This document shows positions 27,789 through 42,247 of a DNA stretch of 64,000 nucleotides, piece after piece. This DNA is from Octopus sinensis. Lineage: Eukaryota. The stretch spans positions 1 to 64,000 of the forward strand of contig NW_021833241.1 of the NCBI RefSeq assembly GCF_006345805.1, written 5' to 3'. How positions within the stretch are numbered: the first letter of the stretch is position 1; every line of letters starts with the position of its first letter. The notes below the pieces were generated by a model, which did not search any database, was not told the origin of the DNA, and saw only the letters and a program-made list of their open reading frames with translations. The position numbers and the translations under genes are program-made.

Positions 27789-28000
27789 CTCCTCTATTCT
27801 TAATTGCGTGATTAACCGGATAATCTGTCTAATAGTGTTTCCTGACTACGCTTCTTTAGTGATGAAACCTGTTTGGAAACGTCGGAAGCCATTTCATCAC
27901 GAAACTAAGCTTCAGTAATAAAAGTATATATAATTTAAATATGTTGAAACCGATGATAAATGGGGAAAAAATATATGGTTTGACTTGGAATTATATAAAA

Positions 28001-28395
28001 CTAGCAGTATCGCCCGGCGTTGCTCGGGTTTGTAAGGGAAATAACTATATAAGCATTTTTAGAGATGTAAAGTATAATAGCCATCTCAATATGGCTAACC
28101 ACAAAGGGGGAGGGGTGTTACTGTAGCTTTTTACGTTCTGAGATTTAATAATAAATTTTTAGAGAGTTACTTCCCTTATATATGCCAAAAGTGCATTAAA
28201 AATGGGAAAAATTGATGGTAATTTTTTTTCTAACAGTAGACTCATTGTAGACGCGCGCTAATCCCCAGAAGGGCTCGATATGAATCACGACTATAAGATA
28301 CCCGGTTTTGGTTAAACTGAACCGCAAAATGTGGGAGTAGTTAGGAATCTAAATCGTAGGAGAATGACACACAACTTCACTTTTATATATAAAGA
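28001..28395 (-). mobile_element. Non-autonomous Helitron
   Basis: The minus strand reads A|TC...cccgagcaacgccggg hairpin...CTAG|T, with no TSD. Homologous to 48372-48669, with a 100-bp extra segment. Confidence 0.8.
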
Positions 28396-30990
28396 TAACC
28401 TCGCAGCAAGACGAACGCCGGTTGTCTAACTAGTTTTGTTTTTTAGCATACGGCAACTCTACGATTAAATGTTTCTCAGCTATTGTTTCCAATTTGTCTG
28501 TTTTCAAACATATTGTGTCAAAGACTACTGTTTTGTATGAACAGTTTTCATTTATATGATACCAAGATTTTATTTAAAGATGATTTGATTACTATTTCTA
28601 GCAAATTTATCGACTATGGGCCTGCTATTTTGTTTCTCCGTCTTTATATAATGTTCCTATGACGCAATGGTTTCGAGAATACATTGAAACTCCCTTGTCT
28701 TTGATGTAATTTGGTATTTTTAATGTGAGTGTAAACTAATAAAACTGAATTATAAACGTTGTTATGAAGGGACTAAAGTCCAAGTTAAATATAATTTGTT
28801 TGTTAACCTCAGCGAATTCGATCAATAACATCGTCAATAAATGCTAGAACGAAACCTCCCAGTATAGAAAAACCTAACTATTTTACAGAGAATCATTCAT
28901 TACTTTTATTAGACTTCATTTGCTTCTTTATGTTTTGCTTTTGGTATTTCTTCTGTAAAATGGGTGTATTTTTACATATTCTTCCTTCAGTGCTATCTCA
29001 CTCCATTTATCATGAGTATAGAAACTATATCTTTAACTAAAATAAAAAGAAGCAATATAAACGGTATATACTACGTTAGCAAAAAACAAATTTAATTAAA
29101 ATCAAATATGAAAGCACCGCCGATTCCTTTCCAAATAGTGTCTGAGATTCACTTTTATTTTTATTTATTTTTTTTTCCTTTCTTCCTCTCTTTAAGGTAC
29201 TTTAATACAATTTTCCACAGAATTTTACCTTTGTCTCGAAATTAAATTAGATACAACGAGAGAAAGAGGGAGAAAGTGAGAAAGATGTATTCAAAAATAT
29301 TTCAAACATTTCCCAAAGTTAAGCAAACAATAGGAACTTAAATGCTCCATACTACATTCTATCTATCTATCTATTTCTATTACTTCAACACCAGTCTATC
29401 ATCCGCGAGCAAAAATCCTTTTAGAAATTTCAAGAGTGTGACGCATATAAGTAATGTTGAAAATAGTATGCGTCGGAATATACGTGTGAGTGAATGTATG
29501 TGTGTGGAAATGGCTGAATATGTGTGTGGCTGTATATGTGTGTGGCTGTTTATGTGGCTGGTGGTGATTTCATTTAAATTGAGACGAAGTTAAAATAGTG
29601 TTTTGACTGCAAGATTCTATTTCTATCATGACCTTCAAACAGACATTGTTAAACTGCAGCCTCTGGTAATAAAACTATTAACATTTCAGTGCATGTACCT
29701 TTTATATGCTATTTTCGTTCATTTAAACTTATTAGAGTTATTTAGAAATCATTAAAGTGGGACAAATTAAGAATAAAGTGCAGTAATTTTATTAAATTTA
29801 GCTAGTGATATCATTATGCTAAAGTTAAGCAGTATAATGTTGGAAAACTAGTGATTTTCTGTGAAGAGTAATAGAAAGACAAACTGTTCAAGTAAAGGCA
29901 TTTATATTATTGCCTTGGAGCAAATGAGAATTCTTCAATTTCCGACAGGACCACCCACACGCTCTTGTTGGGAGAATGTGTTAGTAGAAAAGGTGCAAGA
30001 ACAATTTTAGATTATATGGTTTCTAGATCGTATAACTTATGTGTATACATGCAGTCGGTCTAAGGATAATAAATAAACATATACCCTGTTTTGTCGTCAA
30101 TTAAGAAAAAAGCTGTCTCGCCAAGGCTATATATACATATGTGTGTGTGTAGGTCTAGGTGTCTGTGACGATTAACTTCTATCATTGTAAGTAAAGTAAC
30201 CCTCTCCAAGAAATTGTGCTCACTCGAAATAAAAGCTGTGTTTTCTTTTAGCTGCTATGACTGTTATTGTTCAATGCCATGGATGACCTGGGTAAGCTAT
30301 GTATATATATTCCATCCATAAGAGGCCCACCCCTTTTATGTATATTTTCCTGCTCACACGAATATATAATGTATAAATATAATAGGATATAATATAAAAC
30401 AGATTTAACTGCTATTTGAGTGCATCGATTTTGAACGTAAAATCAATCACATTGGATCAAAACGTATCTATCCCGGTTGTACACTCTTCTCTCTCACAGG
30501 ATGACAATAACCTAATGAAACTACGATGAAAACCATTCCAGTGGTCTGCATCCTATATTGCATAGAACTACATTATCATCGTGCATACTTTATTCAAGAG
30601 GGCAGCATGTCATTTCAAGATGTTGGCTGGTATTTCTAGCTTACGTCATTAACACCTCCATGTTCCGTGAACCACCCATACATCTAATTCTACAAGTATT
30701 GACGCAGTAACTTGTTGAGTAATATTGTGTATATAATCGTCTAGCCTCGACCAACATAATTGCTGGCCTTGTGCCAAAAATTGGAATTTAATATTGCGGA
30801 GTTTTGTGTGTTGATTGTATGGTACGCACTGCAGTGGTTTAATGGTGCTTTATGTACAAATGGAGGGCATACCGACGATATGGAGTTTAATCTAAATAAC
30901 AAAACATATTTCTGTTTTTACGAGAGATGTCAACGCAAAAACAAAACGGCTGGTACATACTGTATACAACTATTTTAATGATATTAATTT

Positions 30991-31424
30991 GGCATCTTTT
31001 CGGTTTGAACGGCACCTTTTTCTGGCGGTCTCATATGAAATTGTCATCCATGATTATGACCCTATTGTATTTCAATCTGTTTTAGGGTTAGAGTTAGACT
31101 TAGGGTTTGTTAGGGTCAGGGTGGGGGAGGGGTATCTTTTTTTTTTTACAGAAATGTAAATAAAACCCAAATCTGTTTCTTAAACGAGGGACATATTCAT
31201 ACGACACAGAATGTTTTCACCTCAATAGACGTCATTGATTGGTTGAAATTGCAGAACTTGAAAAAAAAAAACAACAACAAATATCTTCCAAACCATAAAA
31301 TTTTCTCAATAAAGCCAAGAGAAAAAGATGTTTTATAAACACATTCTACCAGTATACGGAGTTTAAACGTGTTTAGTTACGTTGAAATTATTTTAAAAAA
31401 CTGCCGGTCAAACCGAAAAGATCC
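30991..31424. mobile_element. MITE-like element with 21-bp TIRs and internal TTAGGG-like tract
   Basis: atcttttcggtttgaacggca (30994-31014) pairs with tgccggtcaaaccgaaaagat (31402-31422) with one mismatch. Confidence 0.7.
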
Positions 31425-33052
31425 TTGATTTGATTTTAAAGCGTTTTCTATACCCGTATAGAGCAAGATTCATTGTCATTATAACAACATACTTTCTATC
31501 GATCATTCTCACTTGCAAAGACAGTGCTTCGGAGAGAAAGATATCTTAAGAGAGGATCTCCAAACCCTTACGAGAGATATTCTGGATTCTCTTCTCACTT
31601 TTTCTCATTATTCCAGTGCAGGTGGACATGACATTTTATTTACAATACTGTAAATATGAACCGAAATAAATTATTACAAATATTGATTAAGTGATCAGTT
31701 TTTTTTTCTTTCTCTTTATCTACTCTCATTCAGTCGCTGTCTTTCCCTCTTTCTCTTTATCTACTCTCATTCAGTCGCTGTCTTTCCCTCTTTCTCCCTC
31801 TCGTTCGCTCTTTATTTCTGAAGAAAACAATTTCAAATAACAGATAGTTATTATATATCATAAATAATATACATTAATCTACAAAAGAATATTTATATGT
31901 TCGGTTGTGTGAAATGAAAATAGATAACTGAGGCAAAACAAAAGCTAAAAAAAAACAGAAAAGAAAGTAAGAGAGAAAGGAAGAAAAAAAAAGAGAACTT
32001 ACTTTCACCTGATTAAATCCTTCAGTTTTATACAAAAAAAAATGTTATATGTCCAGCTTTAATGTTTGTTCAAATCTTTTAAATTATATCCGAAATTTTT
32101 GTAGGGAAGTAAAAGTTTCGTTTTATGACGTAGATTAAATCTGGAACTTTTTTTTAAATATATATATTTATAGCTTTGTGAAATTCCGATTTTCAAGAAT
32201 CTTGAATATTTCACGAAGCAACACAACAATTATAAAGTACATAAATGCGAGGTTTCATTTTCAATTAAAATATGTCCATTTTTTTTTCTTTATTGTAAAA
32301 TACGCTCCTGTTCCGAAACAAAACATATATTAAAATTATTGTCTTTTTACTTGAAACTGTAACTTGAAGTGTACATTTATATATATATATATATATTCAA
32401 TTCAATTCTCGTCCTCTCTTTAAAATAGGTAATTCGTATTAATTTTTTATGGTACTGATTTAAACTGAAATACTTCACGTCGAAATTACAATTTATAATC
32501 CAAGTTCACATATATATTCATATATATATGCATATACATATATATATATATATTCGATTTTAAGCATGCAAAGGTCCTGACGACGATTTCATGGTGAGGA
32601 ACAATGGTGACTGCATTTTATCTTCTTCTTTTTCATTGTGGTACGGTTGATTAATTTAGGTTAATTGAAACGTTCACTGTGACGGACATCTTCTGCCCCA
32701 ACGACGGACTGATTGCCTTTGACTTCACATTTAAAATTTGTTTCGAGAGACTCATCGAGAGAGAAGCTTTATAAGCGAAATAGTTTATCTAAATCACATC
32801 GATATTTGAATCATGGGATATATCTTCCTGTTTCCAAATTGGCCGGCTTCCGGTTTGAAATGAACAAAAATAAGAATATATATGAATAAAAAAAACACAA
32901 CATGTATTTATGTGTACATACACGTACACATACGTATGCGATCTTTTGAGCGTGCTGTTGTAATTCTTTGGCATCATTGTTAAATATATGCGATTGGCTG
33001 GTGCAGACTATATACGATACCAGCATACATGAAGTCCCGCCTTCAAAAGCTA

Positions 33053-33137
<85 letters not shown>

Positions 33138-33175
33138 TACATATATATACATATATATATAATATATATATATAT

Positions 33176-33214
<39 letters not shown>

Positions 33215-33500
33215 TATATACATAAAGGCATTCATATATATATATATATATATATATATGTAAATATACATACACACATATATATATATACGTACAAATA
33301 TATACATATGTGTGTGTGAGTGTGTATATGTATGGATGTATGTGTGTGTGTGTGTGTGTAGGGGAAAGAGGTAGAGAAATATGAAACATATACGCATATA
33401 TATATACACATGTATATATGCATGCACATCTCTCTCTATATATATACACATACATAATGCATAAATACATACCTATACATGTATATATAGATACATAAAT

Positions 33501-33558
<58 letters not shown>

Positions 33559-34039
33559 TTGTGTGAGTGACTGTGTTTCTGATTATGTACGCGTTGTGCA
33601 TGTAGGATAATGATTACGTTTATAACGTACACTGGAAATTTGCTGTTCCCCTTCCTCTCTTGTTGCAAGTGTTCATTGGCACACACAGTTAGGTGAGCAG
33701 CGGAATTCATAGTTATTGAAGTTTAAAAAAAGTCCTGTTCCATATTCCATTTGTGCCAATACGTATTTGCAACATCATATTTAGTTGCATCTACCTACTT
33801 AAGGATTGCTGTCTGAATTCTCAATCACCGTCCCACCCAGTTGAAGCCCGTGCGCCTGAGTATATACAAGTATACCCTCCGCACAGTATCATACATAAAA
33901 TCGTGTGTGAACACGAATGCATAAGCATACGCATATATAAGTACATAAGCATACATACACACTCTCATGGATATTATATATATATATATATATATATGTT
34001 TGTGTGTATATATATATATAGATCCACATACACACACAT

Positions 34040-34830
<791 letters not shown>

Positions 34831-35904
34831 TATATATATATAGTTAGCTTAGATAGTTCGACGTCTTTAAAATCATTCCATTGTATTTCATACTTTAACT
34901 AGTTCAATTTAGTTGCTCTCCGAAGACTGCATTGATTCATACACAGAAACATAATGTGTGCAGTTTTTTTATTCACTTTTTAGATACAACAGATATTTAC
35001 CGACAATGTTAATGTACATAACTAACTGCTTCCTTTCTTTCTTGCTTTTTCATTCGCTTTATATTATTCCCTTTCAATTATTATTATTTTCTTATTAATT
35101 TACTGCAAATGTTTCCTATACTACATTTGCCTTCACTCTTCTTCATTTAAATTCGATAAATGTAGCTGGATTCTTAGATGTAATCTTCAGGTCAAATACG
35201 AAAGTCAGAGTACAATGTATGGAGAGATTCAGTGAACTATACACACTTACAGACAGACATGCACGCATATATATATATAAATATTTACATAGCTGTGTAT
35301 GTATGTATGTATCTATGTATGTTCATATTCTTCCTCGTTTGTTCTGTTATTAGTTTCTGTTCAATGATTGTGGCCACATATAAGTGCTTGTGTGTGTGTA
35401 TGTGAAAGTACAAGTGTGTCTGTGTATGTGTGTATGCGTTTTGTGTTGAGGAATAAAATTGTAGTTCGGTAAGAGGGTGAGGTAGAGGAGGAGAGAAAAG
35501 AAATAGACAAGCATTAACATATGTTAGACACAGGTATAGATGTACAGCCTATAGAATTAAATGTTGAACAGGAAATGGTCAAAGAATAAGTCCGAAAGGA
35601 AGAAAGGAAATAGAAAGAGATTTTTACGAAGAACACCATTGTTTTTGAACTTAATGCACTAAATAAGGGTAAACATACGTACACGCGCACATACATTTTT
35701 ATATTGGTACACATTAAGCAAGGACGAAAAGGGAGTCGGTTAAGAATGGCGGCAGAACTTAGCAGTACACAATACCTCACCGATGTGCTGGATTGTTTCG
35801 TTGCATCTGGATTCTCGATACTTGCCTCAGTGTTATTTGCAAAATTCTCCCTATTCCGTCATGAATCGAACTCAGGTGATGTACATAGCTAACTCCATAT
35901 TCAA

Positions 35905-36104
35905 AGTTAATCCAAACAAGAAAGCACGAAAAAAAAACACAACAACGCGAGGACGTGGAGCAAATATAGTATTATTGGACGCTCAGGAAAGAAGAAAAGA
36001 AGGAGGATTTAACGTTTCGAGCAGAGCTCTTCGTCGGAAACATAGGAGAAGGAAAGATCCAGAGAAGGGAAAACAGAGGGAAAAAAATCGCCAACGCGGT
36101 CACA
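35905..36104 (-). mobile_element. Penelope-like pLTR-type element with degenerate hammerhead
   Basis: Inverted homolog of 54805-55000. The hammerhead-like segment at 36007-36041 reads GUUU CCGACGA A GAGC UCU GCUC GAAAC GUU AAAU. Confidence 0.7.
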
Positions 36105-36501
36105 ACCTACTTTGCTTTCAAACTTGCCCAAAACTCGAATCTATCGGTTGCTGGCAATATATTCACAGTTCCTATACTTTTTCTGTTTCTAAGGAATTTT
36201 GCACTCCGTCAATTTCCCTTACAGTCTGCCAGCAAATCTGCATTCGTTCTTGTTTCCTTTATCTGCTAACCTTATCTCCTACATCTCAGCCAGCTTCATA
36301 GTGCAGACTTTTACACACGAACATCGTCAGGTTTCATGTCCGTCTTCGCCGTTTCTGCTGTCTTCGTCGGCTTCACTATCTTAACCTTTAATCCCCTGCA
36401 ATTGCTAATGTCCAAGGAAATATCCTCGTATTTTTCCTCTGTAATGACCTTAGATTCATAATTTTCATTTTTCTTTTTACTTCCATTATCTTCATTCATT
36501 T

Positions 36502-36825
36502 GTGGAGGTGAAATGGCACAATGCTTAGGGCAGCGGACTCGTGGTCGGAGGATCGCGTTTTCGATTCACAGACCAGGCGTTGTATGTGTTTGTTGAGCGT
36601 GAACACCTAAAGCTCCACGAGGCTCCAGCAGGGTGTGTGTGTGGCGACCCCTGTTGTACTCTTTCGACCCAACTTTCTCTCACTCTTTCTTCCTGTTTCT
36701 TGAGTAACACTGCGATGGACTGGCCTCCCGTCCAGCTGGGGGGGGGAAACACATACGCCATAGAAATCGGGAAACCGGGTCCATGAGCCTGGCTAGGCTT
36801 GAAAAGGGCGCATAAATAAATAACA
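36502..36825 (+). mobile_element. tRNA-derived SINE family C with TSD
   Basis: The head is tggcacaatgcttagggcagcggactc..tttcgattc. It contains a V-SINE-like gcgatggactggcctcccgtccag. The TSD atcttcattcRttt lies at 36488-36501 and 36826-36839. Confidence 0.85.
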
Positions 36826-36850
36826 ATCTTCATTCGTTTAATCTCTATAT

Positions 36851-37241
36851 CTATCCGCTCAGTCGAAGTCGACTCTCGGTCACTCGTTGGATCAGTATCC
36901 TCCAGTCAGTTCTATCCTGGGCCGCTTCTTTCAGATTCGCTATGTCCATTCCGGTATCACTCTTGATGGTGTCAAGCCAGCGGGTTCTTAGTCGGCCTCT
37001 TCCTCTCTTGCCACTGACCATTCCGAGCATGATGTCCTTCACCAGGTATTTTCTCCGCATAATATGACTAAAATATGCCAATCTATCCTTGGTGATCCTA
37101 GCTCCTAGCGACATTTTCGGCCTGATCTGCTTAAGAACTCCTCCATTGGTGAGTCTCGCTGTCCATGGAATCCGTAAAAGTCTTCTCCAACACCAAAGCT
37201 CGATTATATTAATTTTCTTCTGGTCAGCATTCTTTTAAAGT
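36851..37241 (-). mobile_element. RTE (BovB-like) 5'-truncated 3' end
   Basis: Reads IELWCWRRLLRIPWTARLTNGEVLKQIRPKMSLGARITKDRLAYFSHIMRR...GKRGRGRLRTRWLDTIKSDTGMDIANLKEAAQDRTDWRILIQRVTESRLRLSG*. Confidence 0.92.
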
Positions 37242-37720
37242 AACTTACAAAACGGGTCTTCCACTTACTGTGAACTTCATTGTATTTCTAGCAATAAAGT
37301 ACGACATGTTTCAAAACGTGCACAACTCATCTTCGGCAGTTCTCAGTTCTTGAAAATTCCCATAAATGGTGTAAATTAACAACATGCAAATCGATTCTGT
37401 TTAATATAAAACTTGTTCATTACACGGATCGCATCTCTCTTCGACATCCTTTCATAGTAGCTAGACCTGTTGATTTCCAAACTCTATTTCGTTTTTCTAC
37501 CTTTTTTTCTTATCTTCTCCCTCATGCCCTGAATCAGTACACCCAATCTGTCCTTTTTATCATGTGTCATAAGCAACTGTCTCTTTTTTCTGCAGAAAGC
37601 TGCACTACAAAGACCAGTTTGCACCGCACTAAAAATCTCCATCTAATTCGCTCGTTGAATGTTGCATATAGCGCACTCTACCTTTGTCCAATACGACTTG
37701 GAGGACTTTTCTTGATTCGC

Positions 37721-37722
37721 TG

Positions 37723-37799
<77 letters not shown>

Positions 37800-37835
37800 C
37801 ATAATCATAATAATAATAATAATAATGATAATAAT
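37721..37835. repeat. (TAA)n microsatellite
   Basis: Visible directly. Confidence 0.97.
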
Positions 37836-38172
37836 GATAAAAAAAACTCACTCGCTTCGTATTCAAATTCTAGACTATCAAATGTCAACGGAAAAAGAAA
37901 TATCCTCACCCACAGAGATACACCCAATAATATAACTGGTAATGCCTCTAGTGTATATTTACACTATGTGTTTCATACACGAAACAGCGGCTTCATACAA
38001 ACAACTGCCGCACTTCTCTTTGAGGTAAACCAATTTAAGGAGATTATATCTTTCCCTTTTCCGTAATAATTATCCAATCAGCCCGTTTGAGTCTATCGCA
38101 AATATCGTTCGGAAGCCCTCTGACACTGTAACTACCACACAATATAACACACAAACACGCGCGCACAGTGAG

Positions 38173-38215
<43 letters not shown>

Positions 38216-38420
38216 TGTGTTTTAACAATTATAGACATTGATAGCGTGTATATAGTTCTATATCTGGGTTTTATTAAACCTCAGCAGAAATGACAGGCGT
38301 CCACCATTGAAAGACTAAGTGGAGCTGACAGGGAATATTCTGGAAAGTAAAGTAAAGCAACATACAAGAAAGAAATAGGAAATAGGGTGATGTATGCCGA
38401 GGAATTAATATACACACATA

Positions 38421-38684
38421 TTACTACTACTACTACTACTACTACTACGACTACTAACAATACTACTAATACTACTATAACGTCCACTACTACTATTGCT
38501 GCTGCTGCTACAATAACTACTACTGCTACTACTGCTACTAGTACTGCTACTACTGCTGTTAGTATTACTACTACTACTAATACTAATACAACTACTACTA
38601 CTACCACTACTTCTGCTACTACAACTACTAATACTACTACTACTAATGATAATAATAATAACATTACTACTGCTTCTACTACTA

Positions 38685-38723
<39 letters not shown>

Positions 38724-39569
38724 TTGTTACTAATACTGTTGCTAGTCTTGCTGCTATGACTACTTGTACTACTACCAATACCGCTGTTGCTGCTGCCTTA
38801 CCCTTCTTGGTGGTAATAATAAATATTACTGTTGTTGCTGTGGCTACTACCACTAGGACTACTACTGCTGCTGCTGGTGCTACTGCTGCTGCTCTTCTAA
38901 CCATTAGTCCAGTTGCTGCTGCTGCTGCGTTGATGGTTTTGTTGCTGATTTTGCTTCTTAAATGAAGACAAAAGAAAAATGTTGGTGTTCGAGATGATCA
39001 TGATGGTGGTGTTGGTGGTGGCGAGGATAATGTAGAAATGACGAAGACTAAAAGAACATTAACCTTCACCACAACCACCACCACCACCTTCACCATCACC
39101 AGCAACACAACTATCAATACCAGTACTACCGCCGCCGCCACCACCACCACCACCACCGCTACCACCATCTCCACCAATTCTAGCAGAGAAGGAAAACCGT
39201 CGCAGCTACCACCGCCGCACCTCCACCACCACCGCACCACCACCACCACCACCACCACCACAACCACCACCACCACCACCATCACCACCACCACCACCAG
39301 CAACACAACTATCAACACCATTACTATCGCCAAAGCCACCACCATCACCACCACCACCACCACCACCATCACCACCAATTCTAGCAAAGAAGAAAAAACC
39401 GTCGCCGCCGCCGCTGCACTACCACCACCACCACCACCGCACCACCACCACCACCACCACCACCAACACCGCACCACCACCACCACCAGCAACACAACTA
39501 TCAACACCATTACTATCGCCAAAGCCACCACCATCACCACCACCACCACCACCACCACCACCACCACCG

Positions 39570-39609
<40 letters not shown>

Positions 39610-39610
39610 C
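38421..39610. repeat. Trinucleotide repeat field: (ACT/GCT)n then (ACC/AAC)n with ~190-bp higher-order duplication
   Basis: Visible directly. It produces Thr-rich ORFs on + and Val-rich ORFs on -. Confidence 0.9.
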
Positions 39611-39955
39611 CAAAAGCAACAGCAAGAACAAATCATCTACAAAGCGAACCAGAAGTACAAGAAGAAGAAGCTGCAATGCCGCAGTAGAAATGGTGAGGAG
39701 GTAGCTATAAACGGGAGAGAGAGAGAGAGAAGTCAGCAGAAGGGCATCTTTCAACAGCTACCTACCTATCATTTTCATACGATTCTAAAAGATGAAACAA
39801 AATTGGTTATATACGCCGCCAGTCTTTAAGGTCGTAGAAAAGATAGAGATCTATTCCATCCACACGTCTAAACTCTATGTAACTAATACATCGAGCTACT
39901 TATTTCTTCCATGCCTTTACGTTTTATATAGATTTATACACACATATATATTTAT

Positions 39956-40001
<46 letters not shown>

Positions 40002-40136
40002 TATACACACATATATATATATATAATATGTACTTTTCTGGGGTTTTTTATTCTACGTCTTACATAAAAGTTTTCTTTTATTATTATTATCGTTCATTAT
40101 ATCTTTGGCAAACGTTACTATAATTTTCAGATTATG

Positions 40137-40197
<61 letters not shown>

Positions 40198-40871
40198 TAT
40201 ATATACATGCATACGTATTTCTGGCCTGTTTTCATTTCCTTGCTTCTTGCCTTCGTCTTCCCTTTCTTTAGCCATAGTTCGTTTACAGGCAAATCCAGGC
40301 CAGACAAGAAAGTTCAGAATTAGTTCTCCCTCTCTCTGTCTCTCTCTTTCTCTCTTTCTCTCTCTCTCATTTTTATAAATACTTTCCCTAATTTCGTAGA
40401 TTTCCAACCAATTCTGTTAAATAGAATTTATATTCTTGCTATAATACATTTTTTCTTTTTCCTTCGAAATTTCCTATGCATCTTAATGTAAAAGCAGAAT
40501 TTTCTTCAGCAGTTGTTTTTTTTTTTTTTACTTTTAACGTCTTAGATTTTTATTATTTTTCCCTGATTCTTATTCTTATTTGTTTTCCCTTTCCATTTCA
40601 TTCTCGATGCTGAAATGGATGTTTCCTGCGGGTTAATTTCGTAAGGGTAATGAGATATAGGCGACAGAATAGGCTTGAATAGCATATTCACGGCGCATTA
40701 TGTAAGGATCACGGCTATTATGAAGGACAAAAGAGTGGTTGAGCAAATTTGAGAGTATATCGACCCCAGAGGCAAGAGTTTATTGCTTAATTTTTTTTTT
40801 TTTTTTACCGATGTAATTCTACAAATCGTGTAACACCAATAGTATTCAAAATCAATGCAACACTTCACAGA

Positions 40872-41237
40872 CTTCAGTCCCACTGCGTGGCACCTTGGAC
40901 AAGTGTCTTCTACTATAGCCTTGGGCCGACCAAAGCCTTGTGAGTGGATTTGGTAGACGGAAACTGAAAGAAGCCCGTCGTATAAATGTATATATATAAA
41001 TATATATATATGCGTGTGTGTGTTTGTGTGTCTGTGTTTGTCCCCCCTAGCATTGCTTGACAACCGATGCTGGTGTGTTTACGACCCCGTCACCTAGTGG
41101 TTCGGCAGAAGAGACCGATAGAATAAGTACTGGACTTACAAAAGAATAAGTCCCGGGGTCGAGTTGCTCGATTAAAGGCGGTGCTCCAGCCTGGCCGCAG
41201 TGAAATGACTGAAACAAGTAAAAGAGTAAAAGAGAGT
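40872..41237 (+). mobile_element. SINE family B, 5'-truncated
   Basis: ttcagtcccactgcgtggcaccttggacaagtgtc...gactgaaacaagtaaaagagtaaaagag. Confidence 0.85.
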
Positions 41238-41935
41238 ATGTGCTGAAGCTTTGTGAAACCGGTTATGCACACTGGTCTTCCTACAGCTCAAAATAAAAAC
41301 CATTATTTAAATGATTCAGGAAAAAATTATTTTTATTTATTTTAATTATTTATGTATTTATTTGTATATAACAACAAATCCTTAAATACATCTTACGAAT
41401 TAATATATCGTAAAACAAAATATAGAATCTTAATTCATGATTGATGCAACGTCATACTCACTCAAATATCAAACTAAATCAAGTTCAATTGAATTTCTAT
41501 TGTTCATGGTACATAATACACAGTAATTCTGATGTTTGGTAAACATGTACCCAAGTCTATCAGATCTCTGCCTTCGTCATAAATACGGAACGTATTGCTC
41601 TTTGTTTAAATCACTTTCGAACAAGGCGTGAAAACCAGTGAATGCCAGTCGGAATAAAATTTTCCTTCGCACAGAATGAATGGACGAAAACGTCGTATTC
41701 AATTATTCATAGTAAATGACTTATTAACATAATTCCCGTCAACGTATTTAAGTAGATCGGTTCAACGACGATCGACGCGAGATGTCGTAAAGGAGGCTTT
41801 GGAAAATTAAGTTGATAACCGTCTAGTAGTTAAACGCACGTAAATAAGAAAAGTCGCTTCTGGCGTCGTTGATAATTAACCCTATATCAAGTTCACCCAT
41901 TCCTACATTTAAATTTCTATCACATACAGCTAAGA

Positions 41936-42247
41936 TAGTGGAGGCGCAATGGTTAGGGCAGCGGACTCACGGTCGGAGGATTGCGGTTTTGATTCCCAGA
42001 CCGGGCGTTGTGTGTGATTATTGAGCGAAAACACCAAAAGCTCCACGAGGCTCCGGCAGGGTGTGGTAGCGAACCCTTTTGTACTCTTTCGCCCCAAATT
42101 TATCTCACTCTTTCTTCCTGTTTCTTGAGTAACGATGCGATGGACTGGCGTCCCGTCCAGCTGGGGGGAACACCTACGCCATAGAAACCGGGAAACCGGG
42201 TCCATGACCCTGGCTATGCTTGAAAAGGGCGCATAAATAAAAATAAA
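41936..42247 (+). mobile_element. SINE family C with TSD
   Basis: Homolog of 36502-36825. The TSD acagctaaga lies at 41926-41935 and 42248-42257. Confidence 0.88.

Noticed and set aside
31710-31791. 41-bp two-copy tandem duplication
   Set aside because: It is an ordinary local slippage duplication with no further structure.
35704-35892. ORF ending at a possible donor (cag|gtgatg)
   Set aside because: There is no recognisable domain or acceptor and no partner exon.
36200-36487. NCRGLK..KPD motif suggesting an APE endonuclease N-terminus
   Set aside because: Only two short motifs match, many stops follow, and no collinear RT lies downstream on that strand.
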